DNA of 64,000 nucleotides. It comes from Lepidodermella squamata. Taxonomy: Eukaryota > Animalia > Gastrotricha. This document shows, piece by piece, positions 25,744 to 33,957 of this stretch. Within the stretch, counting starts at the first letter, position 1; each line of letters opens with the position of its first letter. A program made the translations under genes and the position numbers. The notes beneath the pieces are model-generated. The model saw only the letters and a program-made list of their open reading frames with translations. It had not been told where the DNA came from and ran no database searches. The DNA is taken from positions 992,001 to 1,056,000 of the forward strand of contig JBLDXI010000034.1 in NCBI GenBank assembly GCA_047495785.1, given 5' to 3'.

Positions 25744-26922
25744 ATGAAGAAAGTAATTTGGGCCATCTTCGCTGTTTTTGCCCTTATCAAATATGCCTTG
25801 GCTGAACCAGCAAGCAACGACAGCATGTGGGATTTCGATCCGACTGCAACTATACTGAGCCACTGTAGAATCGGCTCGAATGTTAACACACCGGTTGAAC
25901 TCGAGAGAAAAGTTATTCCTATTACGATAGAGCTACAAGCAAAGCGTCTTATCGATATCGACGACGTCGCTGAGACATTTTCCGTTTCCGGGGCACTTCT
26001 TGTTAAATACAACTCGAAGTGCATTGCCGATTTGTACAAGAATGTATCGCGGAAAGGAAGCGACGTAGCTTGGCCGGTGGATATAACTCAACTGGCGAAG
26101 GAGGACCACTCGAAATACTGGTTCCCAGATTTGCTACACGAAAATGCAGTCGAAAGCCCTGGGATGATCGACGGATTTCATCGGTATATCCGTATATCGC
26201 TCACCTCGGGCTCGGTTTCGTTCGTTCTGTCAGGAAAATTTACGTCCTACTGCGACTTGGACGTTACCTATTTTCCTTACGACATGCAAACGTGCAAGAT
26301 AGATTTTTATCTGGCTCAATCCAACTTGTATTCTACAATCTCCAATGCATCCTTCGTTGATGACCAGGCTGCATTTATGAAGAAGAATTCAGGCTGGTAT
26401 CACGATAACTCAAAACGTCCGCCCTTGTTTAAAACAGTCAAAGCAAGTAATAACTCAGCGACGTTCAGTATCGCTAGTTTCAGCTTCGAATTCAGGCGAA
26501 AACCGGACTATTTCTTAACAACCCTATTCGCGCCGAGTTTAATTCTCAGTTCGCTGGTTCTGGCGTCGTTTTTCATCCCAGCCGATGCTTCGGATCGCCC
26601 GGCTCTAGCCTGCACTGTTATGCTGGCTATTTTCGTTCTTCAAGACAGCATCCAGGCGAATTTGCCCAAAACTCCCCACCCGACGGTTGCTGGAATTTAC
26701 AGCTTGTCACAAGTATGCGTCGCAACCTTTTGCGTGATATACGAAGCGATCATGTGCGGATTCCTCAACATGTTCCCAGAAATCAGCGGGGCAAAAATCA
26801 AGATTTTCGGTAGAAAAATGGCTCGTTACCTGATTTTTGATGTCTTTATGTTTCTAGTAGCATGCCTCCTGTATTTATCTTCAACTGTTGTCGCTTATGC
26901 TAAAATAACCTCGGCCTCATGA
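25744..26922 (+). CDS. Pentameric (Cys-loop) ligand-gated ion channel subunit, intronless, with a very short M3-M4 loop
   Basis: Signal peptide, WFPDL (loop A), Cys-loop CDLDVTYFPYDMQTC (C-x13-C), pre-M1 FRRKPDYF and four TM helices. Confidence 0.92.
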   Translation: MKKVIWAIFAVFALIKYALAEPASNDSMWDFDPTATILSHCRIGSNVNTPVELERKVIPITIELQAKRLIDIDDVAETFSVSGALLVKYNSKCIADLYKNVSRKGSDVAWPVDITQLAKEDHSKYWFPDLLHENAVESPGMIDGFHRYIRISLTSGSVSFVLSGKFTSYCDLDVTYFPYDMQTCKIDFYLAQSNLYSTISNASFVDDQAAFMKKNSGWYHDNSKRPPLFKTVKASNNSATFSIASFSFEFRRKPDYFLTTLFAPSLILSSLVLASFFIPADASDRPALACTVMLAIFVLQDSIQANLPKTPHPTVAGIYSLSQVCVATFCVIYEAIMCGFLNMFPEISGAKIKIFGRKMARYLIFDVFMFLVACLLYLSSTVVAYAKITSAS

Positions 26923-27291
26923 AATAATTATTCTTTTCAGGACCGAATGCGTGTGTGATGATCTGCCGGTGATGAACCCGAAGCTGTAACATCTATTTTT
27001 GTGTCCAGCCCACTCTTCTATGAATATTGCCTGCAGCCAAGCCTTTCTTGGTATTATTTTCACAGTGGAAGTGTAAACATTTGATGGAATGTTAGGTTTA
27101 AAGTCATTATGCTGAAAATATGCTAGAGAATAAAAGTAAAGCACACAGTTCAGAGCCTGCTCAAAGCCCGATCAAAACCACGCCATAAATACAACAAAAA
27201 TACGAGACTGGACACGCAACGTCCAGGGATACTCTGAACCCGAGAGTAAATCCGAAACCTGCGACCGGCGACCCCTAGTTTAAGAAGCCAC

Positions 27292-27605
27292 TAGCGAATG
27301 AAGTAGGATCCTCGAGGCAGGGCGCGAAGTACGGGGGGAAATGAGGGGTGTCGCACCCCCAGTTTGGCTGGTCAATGTGGAAAAAACCATAAAAAGCCAC
27401 AAGGCGACCCTTTGGTCATACAATTGGGGCCCGAACATGACCCCTAGTTCCAGGATCCTACTTCGCGCACTGCCTCGATGTGGGGAGGGAGGCACCTTTG
27501 AGCAATTCGAGCTCTGAATTTTTTCGAATTTCTGCGTGCTTTCTCGAGGTGGGGTGTAGGGTTCCTCTGCTCCCCCTCCGTCTCCCACCCGCACTTCGCA
27601 AACTG
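27292..27605. mobile_element. Nested hAT-type MITEs; inner copy 27318-27472 in the opposite orientation
   Basis: The inner element cagggcgcgaagta...tacttcgcgcactg is flanked by cctcgagg / cctcgatg (8-bp TSD, 1 mismatch). The outer element starts ..gaagtaggat and ends cacttcgcaaactg. Confidence 0.8.
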
Positions 27606-27688
27606 CCCTATGCTAAACAAAAATGCTCAACTCATCTAGTAGTAAAAGAGATGGTGAGGCAGTATGTCGATTCAGCTGCGAAAAATGT

Positions 27689-29217
27689 TCATGCTTTATT
27701 TTCAATGTTTTTCATTTCTAATGCATTTGGTTTTGTATTAGTTTGTATTGTATTAGTCCTAGCATGGAAACTCCACTCACGAATATTCCGCCTGCCCAAA
27801 CCAATTGAGACCAACAACGGTACAAGGCAAAGCCCAGCATTGAAGAAGAAGACGTAGCCTCGGTAGAAGCCGGCCAGATCATCAGACGCCCCAGTTGAAT
27901 TATCGACCAGAGATCGATAGACCGCATTGAACCCCACACTCCCACTTAGCAGAGCGATATTCTCGAAAACCCCGATTACTGAGAAAATTCTGCCTAAATC
28001 AGCCTTTGGAGTTAGCTTAGACATTCCAGACCTGAAGCCAAGTGCTGCGAATGCGTTGAACATATTAATGATAGGGAACACCCAAGGTACGGAGTCAGGG
28101 TAGTAACTTCCAAACCCAATGAAAATCATAGCCGAAATTCGACTGACATACCGATCACCACCAGCCCAGCGTCAGATACCGGCAACAATTTCGGGACTAA
28201 GTTCGACCGGAATAGTCGAAGTAGCACTATCATTGCTAAGCCAAGAGTTGCAAAGTAAGTTGTTATGTAGATTGAGTACTGAAAGTCGTTCAGAGCGATA
28301 GGCCGATGGGTGAAAAATGCGTAGATAACACCCTGCATTGGATAGACCCCGTTGAAACAAGCTACTAACATGAACGTGACCAGCATTATTAATCGATATC
28401 GCTCGTCTTGAGTTGCGATACTGAAAGCTGTCTTGAAAGACTGGAAAATCGCTGTATGGGGAGAGCAGAGGTATTTGAGCAACGATCCTTTGGCTTGGGA
28501 CCGAACTTCCTTAAACGTTTTCAGCTCTGGTACGAAAACGAAGATCGTGACGATTGCATAGGCGTTGATTCCGATTTGAGCACAGAAGGCTAGCATGTAT
28601 TTCCCTTCGCTAAAGACGAAAGCGCTGAGAAGGGCTCCGATAAATTGACCGACTACGATGGAACCTTGGACCAAACTCAATCGAACAGTCCGGTTTTGCT
28701 CGGTAGTGATGCTGCTGATGTAGGAAGATGGCGCCATGATTGCCGCGGCCGAAGCCCCGCCCAATCCCGGTAAAAACCCGGATAACCCCAGGTAGATCGG
28801 GTTGATTTTGCGATAACCATCCACAGCCCCGTAAATTAGGTAGAAAATCGTGCCTAAAATGCTTCCGAGATGAGTTAGAACCAACGGCCATCTGTGCGAG
28901 AATCGATCGCACCAAATTCCAAGAATAATTGCGACAACCATAGCTAAAGGCCAAGTTGATAGGGAATAGACCATACTGAAAGTCGCATAATCGACCTGAA
29001 CTTCATTTTCTTGCTCGATAAGCTGCGGCGATGAGCTGATTTGTGCGCAAATTGCTGGGTCATTGAATTTGTATAGGCAAATTTGGTTGTAGACAAATTG
29101 CTGCTCGGCAGGTACCAAAATTCCGATAGCGACAAAGTAGAGAAGCAAAGGTATTTCGATGCTCAAAAATCCTGGTTTTGGCTTTGAATCTCCGGCCATT
29201 GAACTAAAAACAACCAT
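27689..29217 (-). pseudogene. SLC46-family MFS transporter, copy 3, with a 1-nt frameshift near 28147 (pseudogene or assembly error)
   Basis: Two overlapping ORFs (29217-28126 and 28129-27689). Restoring one base in GGT ATG -TC AGT CGA ATT gives G-M-x-S-R-I-S-A-M, matching copy 2 (GFISRISAM). Confidence 0.75.
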
Positions 29218-29296
29218 CGCCTAGTAAAATCTGACTTTATCAAACATTGGACAGTTGTTATCTTATCACGAAAGTCTACCGTCTCATTTTTTATTC

Positions 29297-30625
29297 TCAT
29301 TTTTGCAAAGCCTGATTACCGCTTTCAAAGTCGAAAAATACGAAAGCTGTAGCAAGCAAGGCAGTTCCAACAAGATCACCGATTGAGGTAAGATAAGGAA
29401 TAGCGCAGTTATCTGGATCGTAGCCACGTGACCAAAGATAGCGAACCAATTTATGGCATAAGAACAGCAAAAACGTAGTTTGAAGCAGGGCTACACTCAA
29501 ATACGCTGTCTCGAATTGAAGAGGCAGAGAGGCGTTTTCAATCGCGAAATAATCGATGAGTGTAGCGAAAATTAGATGGCCAGGGAGGACAATCAGCAGC
29601 AAGATTCGAGTCGTTACACTTTCTTCGTCATTTGAGAAGAAAATTTCGCGCAGTGAAACTGAGTTAACCTTCGACCCAGGCTCCATGCAGTGGAATTGGG
29701 TTGATAACCGACTCGCTAGCACTGCGACTAAGTTACCCCCAGCGCCGTTAATCACCGGTTGAAAGGCTGCGATTTCGTCGAATTTCCCAACTGTCGCTCT
29801 CAGGACTAGACCTCCCATACTCGAAATTGTTAAGGCACTCAAAACTGGCACGGCCCCTTCGTATAGTGCCGCTTTAGTATACTCACATCGACTGGTTATG
29901 ATGAAGCAAATCGGCGGGACAATTATGACCACTAGCAAAACTATCAAGCCATTGAGCCAGTAGTAACCATTCTCAACAGGAACATAGGCATAGGAAGAGA
30001 CGAAGATTAGGATTATTAAGGTGGCTAAATCGACTAAAGAAGCCGCGATTGGGGTGGCAACGTTATCAGGGTTGATATTGAACTTCCTGCAGAACAGAAT
30101 GACCGAAATTGTTAGAGAGCCTAGAATCAAGCTAGCGAGACCAGCTGTAATAGTTGAGGTAGCACATAGGAACAAAGTGTGCTCCACTTCAAATAGTCCG
30201 TCATTTATGTAATTTGCGGTTATAGCGAAGCCAGATGCGATTAGGCCGACTATGATTGCTTGGAATTGAATTAGGGCTAGGTTGCTTTCTATCAGTAGAT
30301 TTCGCAACTTCCGATCGTCCAATGAGCCTTTGTTAGCCTGGGTTGATAGCCGAGAGGCTAAGGTCATCTCTAGATTGCCTTTAAGGCCCATCAAAGCCGG
30401 GACTAGGATGAACGTCTCTGGTACGCGTTTGAAGATGTACCAGTCTTGAGCGTAGTCTAGGACGATACCGGCGCTAACCATTCCGAAACCAGCGATGAGG
30501 AATGGGAAGAAGAGCTGCGAGACCTTGTGAAGGTAGCTCTCTTCGACAGTCCTGACAGAGAGACTACGGGATCTAAGCACATCTTCAGAATGATCTTCGA
30601 ACCGTTCAGCTACAACTCTTCTCAT
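29297..30625 (-). CDS. SLC41A: SLC41 / MgtE-like divalent cation (Mg2+) transporter, intronless
   Basis: Motifs PFLIAGFG, VPALMGLKGNLEMTLASRLSTQAN, NPDNVATPIAASL.DL, QPVING.GGNLVAV.ASRLST and DPDN.AIPYLTS.GDL. Confidence 0.95.
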   Translation of the reverse strand: MRRVVAERFEDHSEDVLRSRSLSVRTVEESYLHKVSQLFFPFLIAGFGMVSAGIVLDYAQDWYIFKRVPETFILVPALMGLKGNLEMTLASRLSTQANKGSLDDRKLRNLLIESNLALIQFQAIIVGLIASGFAITANYINDGLFEVEHTLFLCATSTITAGLASLILGSLTISVILFCRKFNINPDNVATPIAASLVDLATLIILIFVSSYAYVPVENGYYWLNGLIVLLVVIIVPPICFIITSRCEYTKAALYEGAVPVLSALTISSMGGLVLRATVGKFDEIAAFQPVINGAGGNLVAVLASRLSTQFHCMEPGSKVNSVSLREIFFSNDEESVTTRILLLIVLPGHLIFATLIDYFAIENASLPLQFETAYLSVALLQTTFLLFLCHKLVRYLWSRGYDPDNCAIPYLTSIGDLVGTALLATAFVFFDFESGNQALQK

Positions 30626-30942
30626 TTTAAGGTAGAATCTTGTCTAAGTGTCTGTTGCAATCAAATTTACAACCACCTTCCAGACTTGATAAGATAACGC
30701 GACTACGGCATTGATATGGCGCAGACTCTGTTAACAGGTCAAAACAGATTTTATGTACAAAAAAAATAAAAAAAAATCGATAACCGGGGTAAAAAATTGT
30801 GTTTTTCAGAAATGTGTCACTCTGACCTCCACACGTGACGCATTAATCTGAAATTCGAGCATAATTGGACACCTAGAAAGTTCCTGTTGAAAATGCATTC
30901 GAGAGTGTCATATCAACATCAGAACAATAATTCAACCGGCAA

Positions 30943-33312
30943 ATGCACCACCTTTTTGTGCTAGCTTTTGCGGTTAGCGCTATCGATGCATTGAAGCCTT
31001 ATATCATATCCCAACTTATTGTTGCACCTTCGGCTATTCAAGTATGCCCAGGAGCTTTCCAACTCGCTATAGACCTAGTCAATAATCGAAGCGATATTCT
31101 TCCAGACTATCACTTGCAATCAGATTTAAGAGATGAGGAAGCTTTCTACATCGGCTACGCTCCTACTCGGGAACTGATAAAATTCCATCAAAAGTTCGAA
31201 AATGGCCAAGCCGGTGATGTTACGAGATCCCCCTTAATGTTAGGGCCTTTGATCTCTGTAGGATGCCAACCTGTCGGGAGGTTGCTTCATCACTTCGAAA
31301 CTGTAGCGATTTCGCCGCTTTGCAGCTCTCCTACCTTAGCAATCCACTCGATTAACCCAAACTTATACCTGGCCCAATCAACTGGAAGAATCGCTGCAAT
31401 GTCCCTAGTTCATTTCCTTAAACAAATCGGCAATTGGTCTCGCATTGGAATCGTAACAAACGCTGGAAGTCCTAATGACTATCTAACAGCTGCTTTCATC
31501 CAACAATTTGCAATTCTGAGTAACATCTCAGTGCCATACTTTGATATTGCGCTTGATATTCAAGACGAAATGATTCATCGACTGAAATCAGCCGATCTCC
31601 GAATCATCATACCATACATGACCTTCGATTATCTGCTTTTCAAATTTTTGTGCCGAGCTTACCGGCTTGGGATGACTGGCCCGAAATATTTGTTTATCCT
31701 AACTCATTTTCTCGCCGCGAATCCTTATAGTATCACGGTGAACCCTCAGGAGGACACTTGTACAAATGAAATTCTGGCAGCTCAGTTCAAAATCAGCATT
31801 TTCGCCGGACAATCTCTAGCGGTTATGGATAAGAGTCGGAAATCTGAACTCAGATATAATTCCTTTGATATTGACCGGTTAATCCTGCCGTATCTTGTTA
31901 ATAAGACTTACGATATCACGAGTTCGGACTATATGATAGCTTACATGTGCTTCGACACTGCTTTACAAGGAATTTACGCCCTGGAGAAGACTGATGCGAG
32001 ACTTAGGAAGGACTTCAATTTGACCCTACGCAACATTTCGACCCATCCTCACCTCGTTATGAGGGTTATGAATGAGTCGTTACGTAACATCAACATTTCA
32101 GGCCTTCATAACCAGATGAAGTATGACGAAAGGGGTGTGATAGACAGCGATAACTTCCTATACTCTAGATGGACTTCTGACGGCTACAAGAACTTGTATT
32201 ACTCGGATCGAGTGTTTCCTAGTCTCTTCTTCAGATACGGCAGTTTCAGAATTTCAGCTTTTGAAGGGAAGAATTTCGATTGGGAACCTTGGTCCAACAA
32301 TGGGAAACCTCCGAGAGATCGAGGGAAATACGTCCGCTTATTCGCAGACGTTCCAAGGGGTGTCTTTGTACTTGTGACATCGTTTTCTTCAATTTCAACG
32401 GTGGCCCAAGTGTTATTCGCAGCCCTGATCATGAGGAAGCAAAGAGGCTTTCCTGCTTGGCTTAAAATAGCAGGAATTATCGCGTGCTGGGCGCTTAATG
32501 CCGCGTCTATACTTTTCGCCCTGCCGTCAAGCTCCATTTCCCCATTTGCAATTGGAACCCTAAGGATTGTATTTCTCGTCCTCCCGTTGTCGGCACTAAA
32601 CGCGTTAATATCCTTCCCATCAATCACTCTATCATTTGAAGCAAAATCTCTTGCGAGGTTAGAAATGAAGTTGAGATTGGACACAGCACGAAGCCGGTTG
32701 AAATTGACCGAAAATCGATCAACGTCCAAACCTGTTCTGAAACGGAAGAAAAGTGCCTCGAAGGTGCGATTCAACCCCTTCCGCTCAAGCGACGGCGAGT
32801 TGATGCAAGTCGAGCTGGAATCAAGTTGTGCAACACTGATTTCCGCAGTCACTTTCATTGCACTGAACTCGGGCGTAGTTTTCGCTTGGATTTTCGGCGA
32901 TAATTTCAATTGCGTTGCAGAGGATATCTATAAAGGGAAGTTCTACGACAGAGCTTCTGATACGTTCTTCGATAAATTTGTCATGACATGCGACTCCGAG
33001 AGCAGCCAATACTTCATCGGGGCAATAATTGCTGTTCAAATCGGTCTGATGTTGTACGCGCTTTTCCAGGGGATTCAGCTGAAATTGACGTTAAAAGATT
33101 CGAAATTTTCGTGTCGCGATATATTTTATATACTGTTGAATAACGTGAACGCGTTAACGCTTGTGATTGGGACGGTTATCATTGCATTTTCGGTAAATGA
33201 TCAAACTGGAAGGCAGGTGGTGATTTCGTTTTGTTGTCTCATCTTCTCGGCATCTTCGAGCGTAATCTGGACATTGTCAGGAGTAAAAGTGGCTTCAACT
33301 CCAGATCTTTGA
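30943..33312 (+). CDS. Class C GPCR (GABA-B-receptor-like), Venus-flytrap domain plus 7TM, intronless
   Basis: Signal peptide, LAIDLVNNRSDILPDYHL, WSRIGIV, LKSADLRIII, LCRAYRLGMTGPKY and PPRD just before TM1 with no Cys-rich domain, then seven hydrophobic segments. Confidence 0.88.
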   Translation: MHHLFVLAFAVSAIDALKPYIISQLIVAPSAIQVCPGAFQLAIDLVNNRSDILPDYHLQSDLRDEEAFYIGYAPTRELIKFHQKFENGQAGDVTRSPLMLGPLISVGCQPVGRLLHHFETVAISPLCSSPTLAIHSINPNLYLAQSTGRIAAMSLVHFLKQIGNWSRIGIVTNAGSPNDYLTAAFIQQFAILSNISVPYFDIALDIQDEMIHRLKSADLRIIIPYMTFDYLLFKFLCRAYRLGMTGPKYLFILTHFLAANPYSITVNPQEDTCTNEILAAQFKISIFAGQSLAVMDKSRKSELRYNSFDIDRLILPYLVNKTYDITSSDYMIAYMCFDTALQGIYALEKTDARLRKDFNLTLRNISTHPHLVMRVMNESLRNINISGLHNQMKYDERGVIDSDNFLYSRWTSDGYKNLYYSDRVFPSLFFRYGSFRISAFEGKNFDWEPWSNNGKPPRDRGKYVRLFADVPRGVFVLVTSFSSISTVAQVLFAALIMRKQRGFPAWLKIAGIIACWALNAASILFALPSSSISPFAIGTLRIVFLVLPLSALNALISFPSITLSFEAKSLARLEMKLRLDTARSRLKLTENRSTSKPVLKRKKSASKVRFNPFRSSDGELMQVELESSCATLISAVTFIALNSGVVFAWIFGDNFNCVAEDIYKGKFYDRASDTFFDKFVMTCDSESSQYFIGAIIAVQIGLMLYALFQGIQLKLTLKDSKFSCRDIFYILLNNVNALTLVIGTVIIAFSVNDQTGRQVVISFCCLIFSASSSVIWTLSGVKVASTPDL

Positions 33313-33957
33313 TGGCTCTTATAGTTCTAACTTTGTCTTGGGCTTTGAAAAATAAAATAAAAATTGTTGAGCTAAGCTGTAAGCTTCGAATCTTTTGTGA
33401 CGTTTGTCATGGTTTTTTGTATGAGCTAGTTTTAAGACAAGATCATGCCTTGGTAATTCTTTGTAATTTCCTTGATAAAAATTTGGAGATACCAGATAGC
33501 GCTTCAAATAGAATATTTTTTAGCATTGCTCAGCGTAATTTACAGCTGGCAATTTTAATGTGCCCCTGAAAAAAATCATTCATCCAATGAATAAAATTAT
33601 ATATTTCTTTTTCAAGTTCGCACCAAGCATGAACATGTAGATCTTATAACCAGCTCAAGGGTGTGAATTCTAGGGGAAACATCGGCTACCAGATGATGCT
33701 GTTTTCACTTTGAGCTTGTTCACTGCTTATTGGCTGCTGTTCATTCTCATCTGTTCGTTATGCCTTTCTGAATAATTCTCCAGAAACTAACTTCACAAAA
33801 TACTAAACATTTATTGAACTCGAAGCTTGTTATTTTGAGCAGAAACCCTTTTGGCATTTCAACTTATCGTTAGCTTATCGTTTCAGATTATAATTTCTGG
33901 TGATAACGTGCTTTTTATCACTATTTAAAGTTTTGTTGTTAAGCTAAAAATGACGGA

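Noticed and set aside
28126-28150. Programmed frameshift or micro-intron in SLC46 copy 3
   Set aside because: There is no slippery sequence or plausible intron. A single missing base (possibly GG to G) explains it, so mutation or sequencing error is more likely.
32199-32909. 236-aa minus-strand ORF
   Set aside because: It is an antisense shadow of the GPCR coding region with no recognisable motifs. The same applies to the antisense ORFs over the ankyrin, SPNS and SLC exons.
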